The notes beneath the pieces are model-generated. The model made no database searches. It worked only from the letters and a program-made list of their open reading frames with translations, and had not been told where the DNA came from. 64,000 nucleotides of DNA, taken from assembly GCA_024399965.1 (NCBI GenBank), contig JAKSNJ010000007.1, positions 2,436 through 66,435 on the forward strand, read 5' to 3'. Shown piece by piece: positions 18,295 through 29,192 of the stretch; position 1 is the first letter of the stretch, and every line of letters begins with the position of its first letter. The stretch is from Paludibacteraceae bacterium. Its GTDB lineage: Bacteria > Bacteroidota > Bacteroidia > Bacteroidales > Paludibacteraceae. The position numbers and the translations under genes are program-made.

Positions 18295-21200
18295 ATGAAC
18301 AAATTTAACGAGTACAAACAGTTGAATCTGCCGGAGATGAGCAAAACTATCTTGGCAGAATGGGAGAAAGAACATTTGGCCGAGAAGGCCGTACATGGTG
18401 AAGAACCGAAACCCAAAGGGCAATTTATCTTTTTTGAGGGTCCGCCTTCTGCCAACGGTATGCCGGGTATTCACCACGTATTGGCACGTACCATCAAAGA
18501 TACGTTCTGCCGCTTCAAGACCATGCAGGGCTATGAGGTACGCCGTAAAGCCGGTTGGGACACTCACGGACTGCCTGTCGAATTGGGCGTAGAGAAAATG
18601 CTAGGCATTACCAAAGAGGATATCGGCAAGAAAATCAGCGTGGACGAATACAATGCCGCTTGCCGTCGCGAGGTGATGAAATACACCAAAGAGTGGACCA
18701 ACCTGACCCAGCAAATGGGTTATTGGGTGGACCTCGAAAATCCGTATATCACATACGATAACAAGTATATCGAAACCCTTTGGTACCTGCTCAAAGAACT
18801 CTACAAAAAGGGCTATCTCTACAAGGGTTACACCATTCAGCCCTATTCGCCGGCTGCCGGCACGGGACTGAGTAGCCACGAGTTGAACCAACCCGGCTGC
18901 TATCGTGACGTGAAAGATACAACCTGCACGGCGCAGTTCCGCATCAAAGAGAGCAGTATCATCGTGCAAAAAGAGAACCTGCCCCTCTATGCGTTAGCGT
19001 GGACCACTACCCCGTGGACCTTGCCCAGCAACACCGCCCTTTGTGTTGGTCCCAAGATAGATTACGTCGTTGTCAAGGGCGAAAACCCCTACACCAACCA
19101 ACCCGCCCTTTACCTGTTGGCAGAGGCACGCCTGAGTGCATACGCCAAAGAATTAGGTGAGGCACCCGAAGTGCTTTACCGCTGCAAAGGTACGGAATTG
19201 GAAGGTTTGGAATATGACCAACTCATACCCTTTGCCACCCCGATGCGTGGCGAGAACGATGGCACTCCGTTCCGCATCATCTTAGGTGACTACGTTACCA
19301 CCGAAGACGGTACGGGTATCGTACATATTGCCCCCACCTTTGGTGCAGACGATGCAATGGTGGCGAAGAAAGCCGGCATTCCGGGTATGACGTTCCTCAC
19401 CAAGAAAGGCGAATTGCGTCCTATGGTCGATATGACCGGCAAGTTCTTCCTCATGGACGATTTGGACGAGACCTTTGTGGCAAAGCATATCAACCAAGAT
19501 CTCTACACTCAATGGCAGGGTCAGTGGGTAAAAAATGCCTATGATCCCCAGTTCACCATTGACGGCAAATACGATGAATCGGCAGCACAAAAAGCCGAAA
19601 ATTTGGATATTCGCCTCTGCATTATGCTCAAGCAGGACGGTCGCGCTTTCCGTATTGAGAAGCACGTACACACCTACCCTCACTGCTGGCGCACGGACAA
19701 GCCCGTCCTCTATTATCCCTTGGACAGTTGGTTTATTCGTTCCACCAAAACCCGCGAGGACATGATTCGCCTCAATAACACCATTCATTGGCAACCCGAA
19801 TCCACCGGTACAGGACGCTTCGGCAAGTGGCTCGAAAACCTCAACGACTGGAACCTGTCCCGCTCGCGTTACTGGGGTACGCCCTTGCCTATCTGGCGAA
19901 CGGAAGACGGTCAGGAGGAACTGTGTATCGGTTCCATCAAGGAACTTTTTGAGGAAATAGACAAGTCCATCGCAGCCGGTTTCATGACCGCCTATCCGTG
20001 GCCCAAACACGTGGTAGGCGACTACAGCAAGGCCAACTACGACCCGTCAGTCATCGACCTGCACCGCCCCTATGTGGACAGCATTATTCTTGTCAGTCCG
20101 TCGGGCAAACCGATGAAACGCGAACTCGACCTCATCGATGTGTGGTTTGACTCGGGTGCGATGCCCTATGCTCAGGCGCACTTGCCTTTTGAGAACATGG
20201 ACGCACCGCGCACTGCCGACTTCATCTGCGAAGGTGTGGACCAAACACGTGGCTGGTTCTTCACCTTGCACGCTATTCACACGATGTTGGAAGGCACGGT
20301 GGCATATAAAAACGTCATTTCCAACGGACTCGTTCTTGACAAGAACGGCAACAAAATGTCCAAACGTCTGGGCAATGCCGTGGACCCCTTTGAGGCGCTG
20401 AATAAATACGGTGCCGACGCTGTACGTTGGTATATGCTGACCAACTCGTCTCCGTGGGAAAATCTCAAATTCGACCCTGAAGGCGTGGACGAGATTCGCC
20501 GCAAGTTCTTTGGTACCCTTTACAATACCTACGGATTCTTTGCCCTGTACGCCAATGTAGATGGGTGGCAGCCCACTTTGTCAGACGGGGTTTTGCCGAC
20601 GGCGAACCGACGGCGAATCAACCCGTGCTACTCCCACGACACACCCACGGACACCCCATCGTTCGCACTGACAGAAATTGATAAGTGGATACTTTCCAAA
20701 CTGAATTCGCTTGTCAAGGAGGTAACAGAGGATTACGAGCAATACGAGCCCACCAAGGCAGGGCGCGCTATCTCGGACTTTGTGCAAGACGACCTCAGTA
20801 ACTGGTACGTGCGCCTTAACCGCAAACGTTTCTGGGGCGGCAAGATGGACGAGGACAAGCAAGCCGCCTACGCGACACTCTACACCTGCCTCACCACCGT
20901 AGCACAACTCATGGCACCCAACGCACCGTTCTACGCCGACCGCCTCTATCGCGACTTAACCGGCACAACCGTGCATGAGAGCGAATGGCCAACAGCCGAC
21001 ACGGCACTCATTAACAAGAATTTAGAGCACCAAATGGCACTCGCACAGCAAGCCACTTCGATGATTCTATCGCTCCGCAAACGTGCCGAGAAGAACGTGC
21101 GTCAGCCCCTGCAGAAAGCCGTTATTCCTGCTCCGGATATAGAGACGGTGGAGGCACTCAAGCATGTGGAGAACCTGATTAAGTCGGAGGTGAATATCAA

Positions 21201-21762
21201 GGAGTTACTGATTACCACCGCTGACAAGAGCGAGGTGCAACTTGTCAAGAAAATCAAGCCCCAGTTCAAAGTGTTGGGTAAGAAAGTGGGCGGACAGATG
21301 AAAGAATTGGCTGCTTTCATCAATGCCATGTCTCAAGCGGATATAGCCCAATTTGAACAACAAGGAACGATGACTTGTCAATTATCAACTATCAATTATC
21401 AACTTGTTCTTGAGGATGTAGAGATTTTGACCGAAGACATGCCGGGTTGGCTTGTGGCTACCGAAGGCACACTTACCATCGCCCTCGACATCGAACTCAC
21501 CCAAGCACTGATTGAGGAAGGTATCGCACGCGAACTGATTAACCGTATTCAGAACTTACGTAAGTCGTCCGGTTTGGAGATAACCGACCGTATCGCCATC
21601 TGTATGGAAAATCGTTCGGAGATTGCCTCTGCTGTGGCGAACTTCAAGGACTACATCGCTTCCCAAGTGCTTGCCACTTCTATCACCCTTGCCGACAACG
21701 TACAGGGTGAGGCCATCGAAATGGATGGATATAACGTAAATATCAACCTCAAAAAAGCATAA
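18295..21762 (+). CDS. ileS: Isoleucine--tRNA ligase
   Basis: HIGH-type motif (PSANGMPGIHHVL), KMSKRLGN, and class Ia editing and anticodon-binding domains. Start set at MNKFNEYKQ (18295) because the track start lies inside the promoter. Confidence 0.95.
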   Translation: MNKFNEYKQLNLPEMSKTILAEWEKEHLAEKAVHGEEPKPKGQFIFFEGPPSANGMPGIHHVLARTIKDTFCRFKTMQGYEVRRKAGWDTHGLPVELGVEKMLGITKEDIGKKISVDEYNAACRREVMKYTKEWTNLTQQMGYWVDLENPYITYDNKYIETLWYLLKELYKKGYLYKGYTIQPYSPAAGTGLSSHELNQPGCYRDVKDTTCTAQFRIKESSIIVQKENLPLYALAWTTTPWTLPSNTALCVGPKIDYVVVKGENPYTNQPALYLLAEARLSAYAKELGEAPEVLYRCKGTELEGLEYDQLIPFATPMRGENDGTPFRIILGDYVTTEDGTGIVHIAPTFGADDAMVAKKAGIPGMTFLTKKGELRPMVDMTGKFFLMDDLDETFVAKHINQDLYTQWQGQWVKNAYDPQFTIDGKYDESAAQKAENLDIRLCIMLKQDGRAFRIEKHVHTYPHCWRTDKPVLYYPLDSWFIRSTKTREDMIRLNNTIHWQPESTGTGRFGKWLENLNDWNLSRSRYWGTPLPIWRTEDGQEELCIGSIKELFEEIDKSIAAGFMTAYPWPKHVVGDYSKANYDPSVIDLHRPYVDSIILVSPSGKPMKRELDLIDVWFDSGAMPYAQAHLPFENMDAPRTADFICEGVDQTRGWFFTLHAIHTMLEGTVAYKNVISNGLVLDKNGNKMSKRLGNAVDPFEALNKYGADAVRWYMLTNSSPWENLKFDPEGVDEIRRKFFGTLYNTYGFFALYANVDGWQPTLSDGVLPTANRRRINPCYSHDTPTDTPSFALTEIDKWILSKLNSLVKEVTEDYEQYEPTKAGRAISDFVQDDLSNWYVRLNRKRFWGGKMDEDKQAAYATLYTCLTTVAQLMAPNAPFYADRLYRDLTGTTVHESEWPTADTALINKNLEHQMALAQQATSMILSLRKRAEKNVRQPLQKAVIPAPDIETVEALKHVENLIKSEVNIKELLITTADKSEVQLVKKIKPQFKVLGKKVGGQMKELAAFINAMSQADIAQFEQQGTMTCQLSTINYQLVLEDVEILTEDMPGWLVATEGTLTIALDIELTQALIEEGIARELINRIQNLRKSSGLEITDRIAICMENRSEIASAVANFKDYIASQVLATSITLADNVQGEAIEMDGYNVNINLKKA
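20596..20617 (+). repeat. Perfect 11-bp tandem duplication (ccgacggcgaa x2) inside ileS
   Basis: Direct reading. It is followed by a second near-duplicate, gacacaccca cggacacccca. Together they encode ..LPTANRRRINPCYSHDTPTDTP.. Confidence 0.9.
21374..21408 (+). repeat. Heptamer micro-array, about 5 units (cttgtca attatca actatca attatca acttgtt), in frame inside ileS
   Basis: Direct reading. It encodes TCQLSTINYQLV. Confidence 0.9.
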
Positions 21763-21764
21763 TT

Positions 21765-22205
21765 ATGAAACATGTATGTAAATTATTGACATTATGCACC
21801 GTGCTGATGTTTGTTGTCACCGGTTGTAAAGAAGGGGAAGTAGAAGACCCTGAAACAATGTTAGTTGGCTATTGGCAACGCACCAACACCAACCAGTATG
21901 TCCGTTTTATGCATGATGATGGTGAAATGAGAGATGGTTATTATTTAGGGTATGAGTGGGATGAAGATGACGAGGTGTATGAAGATGATTTGTGGAATTA
22001 TATGTATCACGGAAATAGTTGGTTTGAATGGTACACCACAGTGGACAACAAAGACAATAAGTTGACACAGATTCACTTGATGGACAATGGTGGTGCAGAT
22101 ATTCCAAGAATATACACAATCACTACATTAACCGAAACAACATTGTCATTTACGGACGGATTTGACACGCGCAATTACGTTAAAATAGCAAAACCACAAT
22201 TATGA
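21765..22205 (+). CDS. Hypothetical lipoprotein
   Basis: Signal peptide plus lipobox (VVTGC). Acidic and aromatic-rich, 146 aa. No recognizable family. Confidence 0.55.
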   Translation: MKHVCKLLTLCTVLMFVVTGCKEGEVEDPETMLVGYWQRTNTNQYVRFMHDDGEMRDGYYLGYEWDEDDEVYEDDLWNYMYHGNSWFEWYTTVDNKDNKLTQIHLMDNGGADIPRIYTITTLTETTLSFTDGFDTRNYVKIAKPQL

Positions 22206-25200
22206 AACGTTTCTTCAAAATACTGGGCATTACCCTCGGCTCACTTGTAGCACTCGTTTTGGTAGCCGTGGCGGTGGCGACGTGGTGCATTTTTACACCT
22301 AAGCGACTGACTCCTATCGTGAATCAGGTGGCTGACTCTTTGCTGACCTGTTCGCACACGCTGGACGAAGTGAATCTGACGTTCTTCCGTACCTTCCCCA
22401 ATTTTGGTGTGGAAGTGAAAGGACTATATGTCATTAACCCTATGGAGGGTGCTCAATCCGACACCGTATTGGCTGTACCCAAACTGATTGTTGGTTTGGA
22501 CATCAAGAAGGCATTGGACGGAGATATTTACATCGAAAAGTGTATTCTGAAAGACATCGAAGCCAATATCTACATAGATAGCATAGGCAACAACAATTTC
22601 ATGGTTTGGAATACAGACACCATAGAAGACGAGTTAGAAGACACTACTTCTTCGTGGCAACTGCGTTCTATCGGTTGGGAAGATGCCATTCAAATCTCGG
22701 CACGCAAACTCAGTTTTGTTGACCAACAAGATTCGTTGGTAGCCGGTTTGACGGATTGCAGCATTCGACTGGATGGCACGGAAACAGAAGACCCATCTCG
22801 TGTGCAATTGGAGTTAGATGCAAATAATGTGTCCTTCCAAATGAAGGGTGAGCAGTATGCCGACAATCTGCATCTGCGCCTCACCTTGCCTATGTCTTTC
22901 CAATCGTCCGAACAAATCACTATTGATGGCACACAATTAGCCATCAATGAATACACCATCAATTTGGATGGCTATGTAGGTTCTCCGTGCTTCGCTTCGG
23001 GTATTTACAACATGGATGTAACAGTCAAGACCAACGAATGGAAAATATCTAACGTGTGGCATTTAGTACCGCCTTCGTATCAATCTCTGTGGCCGAAAGA
23101 GGTAGATGCAGACGGTCATCTGCAACTGATAGCACATGCCACCGGTACGTATGACTCCATCTCAATGCCGTTGGTTGATGCACAAATCTTACTGACAGGA
23201 GCACAGGGGCGGTACACTCCACTGCCTTATTACTTCGATGAGGTGGAAGCTGACATTACGGCACATGCCGATTTGAACAACAAGAGCAACACTACAGCCA
23301 CCATCAATCGGCTGTTTGCTCGCACGGGCAAGACTTCGGTTACCGTCTCCGGCACGGCTACCGACATACTCAAGGACCAACCTGATTTTGAATTATCCGA
23401 CCCCTTGTGCAAACTCAAAGCGGACATGAATGTTTACTTGCCAGACGCCAATTATTGGATTCAAAACGATTCAGCACAGTCATGGGTAAAAGGAACAATG
23501 ATGGGCACCGTAACAGCCCAAACACGCCTGAATGACGTGACCAACTTCAATCTGAATAAGATGGCGATTAACGGCGACCTGACGCTAAACGATATAGATA
23601 TGATGTGGCAAGATTCCACGTTGGCTACAGCAGACAATTTGACGCTGCACATCGTAGCACCAAAAAAAAATATCTCGGACAAGAATATCTTATCGGCTGA
23701 CTGCCAAGTAGGATTGACCAACCTCCATGCCCAACTATTGGCATCTGATTTAGATGCGATTTGTCAGGGAGGTCAACTGAAAGCAGCAGTGGAAATAGAC
23801 ACCAAAGACACTACGAATATACCGACTATCACAGGTGGATTTGACTTAAAGGACCTCGTGGCAGATATGGACACTATTCATGTACATGCTGCTGCTCCAA
23901 AGGGACAGGTTACCCTAACATCTTCTCGTCGCTCTAAACAAACGCCGAAGATGATGCTCACGTTCTCTGCTTCCGAGATGCAAGCAGTAATGGGTAAGGA
24001 TATGCAAGCCAAGACAGGTGCCTTAAAACTTTCTGCCGAAGCACGATACAACAGCAAGCAGGACCAACTCCTCCTGCAATGGAATCCCAAACTGAACGTC
24101 GAACTCAAGCAAGGCGAGGTTAAACTTGCATCTTTGGAACCGGTAGTTGAGATACCGCAAATCAAGTTCGCCTATTCCAACAAAGATTTTGTCATTGACA
24201 CCAGCCGTATCGTTTTGGGTAATAGCGACTTCTGCCTAAGTGGCGAGATTCAGCATATCGGCAAGTGGTTGCAACACAAAGACACCTTAGTGGGCGTGCT
24301 CAATTTCACTTCCACACGTACCGATGCCAATCAGTTTATGGAGTGGTTCTCTGCCAAACAAGGGTCTGAGGAGCAGACCGACACCGCAGCCACAACTACG
24401 ACATCTACCACCACTTCGCCTGACGAAGCCAAACCCTTCTTGGTGCCTACCGATGTCGATTTGACGCTCAACACGCATATTGACGAAACGGTTATCTTCA
24501 ATCAGGTGGCACGCAACTTGGGCGGACAGATTTATATCCGCAACGGGCGTTTGGTGCTGGAGGAAGTCGGTTTTGTATGCCGTGCTGCCAAACTGCAACT
24601 GACCGCCATGTACCGCACACCGCGTCGTAATCACCTCTACTTGGGCTTTGATTATCACATGCTGGACGTGAATATTCAAGAACTGGTCAATATGATTCCG
24701 GGGCTCACTACTATGGTGCCCATGTTGGACGCTTTCAAAGGAAATGCCGAGTTCCACATCGCTGCCGAAACCTACCTCAAAGCCAACTACGAGCCCAAAC
24801 GCTCTACCCTACGCGGTGCATGTTCCATCTTTGGCAAGGACCTCGTCGTGATGGATACAGAGACTTTCTCCAAGATTAGTAAACTGCTGATGTTCAACAA
24901 GAAGACCGAAAACCTTGTGGATTCTATCTCGGCTGAGATGACTCTTTACAAGGACCAAATCGAGGTCTTCCCCTTCTGTGTCTCCATCGACAACTACATG
25001 GCTGCCTTGGGCGGACGCCACAACTTGGACATGTCCTTTGACTACCACGTTAACCTGCTCAAACCGCTCTACTTGGGCGTGGACGTGAGTGGTACGTTCG
25101 ACAACTTGGACATCAAACTGGCACCCTGCCGTTATGCACAGGACTTCCGTCCTCTCTTCCACGGCAAAGTAAATACCCAATCGGCGGAACTGCGTTCCGT

Positions 25201-25240
25201 CATTCGTGACTCAATGCGTAAAAACGTTAAAATACAATAA
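22202..25240 (+). CDS. AsmA/TamB-like large envelope protein
   Basis: 1012 aa with a single N-terminal TM anchor (ITLGSLVALVLVAVAVATW) followed by a long beta-rich body. ATGA overlap with the upstream gene. Confidence 0.6.
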   Translation: MKRFFKILGITLGSLVALVLVAVAVATWCIFTPKRLTPIVNQVADSLLTCSHTLDEVNLTFFRTFPNFGVEVKGLYVINPMEGAQSDTVLAVPKLIVGLDIKKALDGDIYIEKCILKDIEANIYIDSIGNNNFMVWNTDTIEDELEDTTSSWQLRSIGWEDAIQISARKLSFVDQQDSLVAGLTDCSIRLDGTETEDPSRVQLELDANNVSFQMKGEQYADNLHLRLTLPMSFQSSEQITIDGTQLAINEYTINLDGYVGSPCFASGIYNMDVTVKTNEWKISNVWHLVPPSYQSLWPKEVDADGHLQLIAHATGTYDSISMPLVDAQILLTGAQGRYTPLPYYFDEVEADITAHADLNNKSNTTATINRLFARTGKTSVTVSGTATDILKDQPDFELSDPLCKLKADMNVYLPDANYWIQNDSAQSWVKGTMMGTVTAQTRLNDVTNFNLNKMAINGDLTLNDIDMMWQDSTLATADNLTLHIVAPKKNISDKNILSADCQVGLTNLHAQLLASDLDAICQGGQLKAAVEIDTKDTTNIPTITGGFDLKDLVADMDTIHVHAAAPKGQVTLTSSRRSKQTPKMMLTFSASEMQAVMGKDMQAKTGALKLSAEARYNSKQDQLLLQWNPKLNVELKQGEVKLASLEPVVEIPQIKFAYSNKDFVIDTSRIVLGNSDFCLSGEIQHIGKWLQHKDTLVGVLNFTSTRTDANQFMEWFSAKQGSEEQTDTAATTTTSTTTSPDEAKPFLVPTDVDLTLNTHIDETVIFNQVARNLGGQIYIRNGRLVLEEVGFVCRAAKLQLTAMYRTPRRNHLYLGFDYHMLDVNIQELVNMIPGLTTMVPMLDAFKGNAEFHIAAETYLKANYEPKRSTLRGACSIFGKDLVVMDTETFSKISKLLMFNKKTENLVDSISAEMTLYKDQIEVFPFCVSIDNYMAALGGRHNLDMSFDYHVNLLKPLYLGVDVSGTFDNLDIKLAPCRYAQDFRPLFHGKVNTQSAELRSVIRDSMRKNVKIQ

Positions 25241-25241
25241 T

Positions 25242-27386
25242 ATGAAAATCAATTCATCATTCTATCAATTCATCATTTCGACCTTTATGGTCCTTTCGTT
25301 TATGGCTTGTAACAAACAAAATCCTTTCCTCACTGCACAGGACACACCATTTGGTGTACCTTGCTTTGACAAGTACGAACTCAAAGATTATGAACCGGCT
25401 TTTGACGAGGCCATTCATCAGTTCCAAACCGAGATAGACGCTATCGTGACCAACACCGAAGCGCCTACGTTTGATAACACTATCGCCGCTCTCGACCGTT
25501 GTGGCGGGCTGCTGGAATTGGTGGAAGGCGTGTTCTTTAATGTACTGGAAGCAGACGGCACACCCGAGATGGACGAGATAGCCAACCGTGTAGCACCGCG
25601 TTTGAGCGAATTGTCCGACGGTGTCTATATGAACGATGCCCTCTTCGCGCGCGTTAATAAGGTGTACGAGGACCAAGCCAATCTTGACCTCAATCCCGAG
25701 CAGAAGCGTCTTCTCGACGAGACCTACAAGGCATTTATCAACAACGGTGCCAACCTGCCCGCTGACAAGAAAGAGCGCCTCAAACAAATCAATAGCGAAC
25801 TGGCTGTTCTGTCCCTCAAATTCGGTCAGAACGTAGTGGCAGAGACCAATGCCGAGGAGGCACAAGTGCTTATCACCGACGAATCGCAATTAGTCGGACT
25901 GCCCGAATCAGCCAAAGCGGCCGCCAAGGAAGAAGCCCAAGCAGCCGGCAAAGAGGGTTGGCTCTTCTCGCCTAAACGTACGTCCTTCACACCCGTGCTG
26001 CAATACTGCGAAAACCGCGATTTGCGTCGCCAACTGCTCATGGCTTACACCACCCGTGGCAATCACGACAATGCCAACGACAACAAGGCCATCATCAATC
26101 AAACGATGCACTTGCGTATTGAGAAAGCCCAATTATTCGGTTTTACCTGCCCTGCCGATTATCTCCTTCAGGACTGCATGGCCAAGGACAGCAAGACCGT
26201 TGACGACTTCCTCGCTTCTGTTTGGGAGCCCTCGCTCGCTGCAGCCAAACGCGAAGCGGCTGCTTTGCAGGAACTGCTCAATCAGGACATTGCAAACGGC
26301 AATGTGCAGTGTGCTTCGGACGCCGACAACCGTCTGCAACCGTGGGATTGGTGGTACTATGCCGAGAAACTGCGTCAGGCCAAATATGCCCTCAACGAAG
26401 AGGAACTCAAACCCTACTTTGAACTGAGCAACGTCCGCCGTGGTGTCTTCCTCTTGGCGCACAACCTGTACGGACTCAACTTTGAGCAACTCAGCGACAT
26501 GCCCGTTTATAATCCCGATGTAGAGGTATTCAAAGTTACCGATTCCGAAGGAGCATTAGTGGGTATTCTTTATACCGACTACTTCCCCCGTGCCGGCAAA
26601 CGCCCGGGTGCATGGATGAACAATATCGCCTCGCAATACGTGGACGCTGACGGAGTGGACCATCGCCCCATTATCATCAATGTCGGCAACTTCAACAAAC
26701 CTACTGCCGGCAATCCGTCTTTGCTTTCTATGGACGATGTGGAAACGATGTTCCACGAGTTCGGACATGCGCTGCACGGCTTGATGGCAAAGGCCACTTA
26801 CAAATCCCTCTCCGGCACCAATGTACCGCGTGATTTTGTTGAACTGCCCTCGCAGTTTATGGAGAACTACTGCTACGAGCCCGAGATACTTGCCACCTAT
26901 GCTTTCCACTACCAAACAGGCGAGGTTATTCCTGATTCGTTGGTACAGAAAATCAATGCTGCCAAGAAATTCAATCAGGGCTTTGTGCAAACCGAATTGC
27001 TGTCCGCCTCTATCTTAGACATGGACTATCACGAACTCAGCACGATGGACTCCATCGACGTCAATGCGTTCGAGGCCGCCTCAATGGCAAAAATGCACAT
27101 GATAGACGAGATTATCGTTCGTTATCGTTCTACTTTCTACAACCACATCTTCACCACCGGCTACGAAGCAGGGTATTACTCCTACACGTGGGCTGCCGTG
27201 CTTGATGCAGACGCTTTTGCCGCCTTCAAGGAGACCGGCAATATCCTCAATCCCGAGGTGGCTGCACGCTTCCACCATCTCTTGGAGCAAGGTGGCACAC
27301 GCGACGCACACGACCTCTACCTTGAATTCCGTGGCAGAGAGGCAGACCCGCAATATCTGCTGCGTCGTGAGGGCTTTATCGACTAA
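25242..27386 (+). CDS. dcp: M3-family peptidyl-dipeptidase (Dcp-like), lipoprotein form
   Basis: HEFGHALHG zinc motif. Lipobox FMAC. Start set at MKINSS (25242), directly after the upstream stop. Confidence 0.85.
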   Translation: MKINSSFYQFIISTFMVLSFMACNKQNPFLTAQDTPFGVPCFDKYELKDYEPAFDEAIHQFQTEIDAIVTNTEAPTFDNTIAALDRCGGLLELVEGVFFNVLEADGTPEMDEIANRVAPRLSELSDGVYMNDALFARVNKVYEDQANLDLNPEQKRLLDETYKAFINNGANLPADKKERLKQINSELAVLSLKFGQNVVAETNAEEAQVLITDESQLVGLPESAKAAAKEEAQAAGKEGWLFSPKRTSFTPVLQYCENRDLRRQLLMAYTTRGNHDNANDNKAIINQTMHLRIEKAQLFGFTCPADYLLQDCMAKDSKTVDDFLASVWEPSLAAAKREAAALQELLNQDIANGNVQCASDADNRLQPWDWWYYAEKLRQAKYALNEEELKPYFELSNVRRGVFLLAHNLYGLNFEQLSDMPVYNPDVEVFKVTDSEGALVGILYTDYFPRAGKRPGAWMNNIASQYVDADGVDHRPIIINVGNFNKPTAGNPSLLSMDDVETMFHEFGHALHGLMAKATYKSLSGTNVPRDFVELPSQFMENYCYEPEILATYAFHYQTGEVIPDSLVQKINAAKKFNQGFVQTELLSASILDMDYHELSTMDSIDVNAFEAASMAKMHMIDEIIVRYRSTFYNHIFTTGYEAGYYSYTWAAVLDADAFAAFKETGNILNPEVAARFHHLLEQGGTRDAHDLYLEFRGREADPQYLLRREGFID

Positions 27387-27422
27387 TCATTTCTGCTTAT
27401 CGACTTCCTGTCCACATATATT

Positions 27423-27731
27423 TTGACGTGGCGTTTGCCGGTGGCGTTGGCTGTGGCAGCCCTATCCCTTATCCCTATTCGCAGAGCATATCGCAAAATG
27501 CGAATAGGTGATTTGGACGTGACTGACCACGGTGCCATGGAGCAAACTTTTTGGGCTTCGCTCTGGGTAGGTGTCGCAGCGTGCATTTATCCCTATGCAC
27601 TTGCACTTGTCGTGGGCATTTGGATTGCTTTTATCGTACGGCACATGATGTCCCTTCGTGCGTGGATGGCCACGTTCCTCGCACTGGGGATATGCGCTTT
27701 TTGGTATGCCGTTATCGTTTATTTCGTATAG
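27423..27731 (+). CDS. Small hydrophobic membrane protein (hypothetical)
   Basis: About 3 predicted TM helices. The track start is a TTG and there is an internal ATG at 27498. The 3' end overlaps convergent thiD by a few nt. Confidence 0.35.
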   Translation: MTWRLPVALAVAALSLIPIRRAYRKMRIGDLDVTDHGAMEQTFWASLWVGVAACIYPYALALVVGIWIAFIVRHMMSLRAWMATFLALGICAFWYAVIVYFV

Positions 27732-28573
27732 GCGTAAAAATGGGCAACAGGACCGTATCCGTGCCCTATTTCGTATGCTGCTCCGGCTATAATGGCCTGA
27801 TTGATATATGCTTTGGCGCTTTTGACAGCGTCGGTCATTTTCATGTCTCGTGCCAAGTAGGCAGCGATGGCGGACGATAATGTACACCCTGTTCCGTGCG
27901 TATTGCGTGTTTCTACACGCCTTGCCGGCAGTTCCACCGCACGGCATGTTTCGTGGTCAAATAATATATCCGTCAGTTGTTCCTCCTCCACGTGTCCCGC
28001 TTTCAGCAGCACGCTCACCCCGTATTGCTCACTCAAGGCCTGAGCGGCCTCTTTCAATGCCATTTTGCTGTCCTTCACCTTGTCCCACTGCCACGTGCCT
28101 TGCAGAAGCACTTCGGCCTCCGGCAGATTGGGTGTAATCAGGTGCGCCAGCGGTATTAACTCTTCTTTCAGGGCTTGTACGGCCTTTTCTTCTATTAGCC
28201 GATGACCGCTGGTGGACACCATCACAGGGTCCACCACATAGTGACATAGCCCTTCCCCTCGTTGCGTCCTCTCCTTCGTGTAACGGCACAACTCATCGGC
28301 AACGGCACACACCACTTCTTCGTTATGTAGCATACCTATCTTAATGGCATCTGCCCCTATGTCGTCCAACACGGCTTCTATCTGTTGGCGCACGATGTCG
28401 GTAGGTACGGGCATTACGTTGTGTACGCCCAAGGTGTTTTGTACCGTAACGGCGGTAATGGCACTGGCGGCATAGCACCCACATGCCGAGATTGCCTTAA
28501 TATCTGCTTGTATGCCGGCACCCCCTCCCGAGTCGCTTCCGGCAATAGTTAATACACGTTTATATGTTTGCAT
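27719..28573 (-). CDS. thiD: Hydroxymethylpyrimidine/phosphomethylpyrimidine kinase
   Basis: VLTIAGSDSGGGAGIQADIK N-terminus and GTGCTLSSAIA. Confidence 0.92.
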   Translation of the reverse strand: MQTYKRVLTIAGSDSGGGAGIQADIKAISACGCYAASAITAVTVQNTLGVHNVMPVPTDIVRQQIEAVLDDIGADAIKIGMLHNEEVVCAVADELCRYTKERTQRGEGLCHYVVDPVMVSTSGHRLIEEKAVQALKEELIPLAHLITPNLPEAEVLLQGTWQWDKVKDSKMALKEAAQALSEQYGVSVLLKAGHVEEEQLTDILFDHETCRAVELPARRVETRNTHGTGCTLSSAIAAYLARDMKMTDAVKSAKAYINQAIIAGAAYEIGHGYGPVAHFYAYTK

Positions 28574-29192
28574 ATTGGGAAATGATTGTTTTTAGTTCTT
28601 GTGCCACTTGTTTCGGACAATCGGCCGACATAATATCCGAAACGACAGCTATGCCTTTCAAACCACATTGCATCGCCTGCAATGCTGTTTGGCGATTGAT
28701 ACCACCGATGCCAATGACCGGTTTAACACTTCGCTCTACTACCGCTCTACTACCGATAAGACCAAGGGGAGTACAGGTATCTAACTTGGTGCGAGTTGGG
28801 AAAACAGGTGAAACCGCCACATAATCTATTGGCATCTGATTGGCAGCATATATTTGTTCGACTTGCTCTATGCTCAAACCGATAATGGCGTCGGGTCCCA
28901 ATAACCTGCGTGCATCAACAGGTGACATATCACTCTGCCCTAAATGCACACCGTCGGCACCTATCGCCAATGCAACATCAACACGGTCGTTAATCAGCAA
29001 CGGCACACCCGTACCATTCAGCACCTGCTGAATAGCACGTGCCTGAGCAATAAAGTCCCGTGTACAGAGGTCTTTCTCGCGCAACTGCACCATCGTGCAA
29101 CCGCCCTTCACGGCCTCTTCCACCACTTTTTCCAGTGGTCTGCCACCGCAGAGTTCCCTGTCGGTGACAAGGTATAAACGTAAATCAAGCAT
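28560..29192 (-). CDS. thiE: Thiamine-phosphate synthase
   Basis: LYLVTD.., VQLREKD, GADGVHLGQ.D, GGI. Confidence 0.92.
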   Translation of the reverse strand: MLDLRLYLVTDRELCGGRPLEKVVEEAVKGGCTMVQLREKDLCTRDFIAQARAIQQVLNGTGVPLLINDRVDVALAIGADGVHLGQSDMSPVDARRLLGPDAIIGLSIEQVEQIYAANQMPIDYVAVSPVFPTRTKLDTCTPLGLIGSRAVVERSVKPVIGIGGINRQTALQAMQCGLKGIAVVSDIMSADCPKQVAQELKTIISQYANI

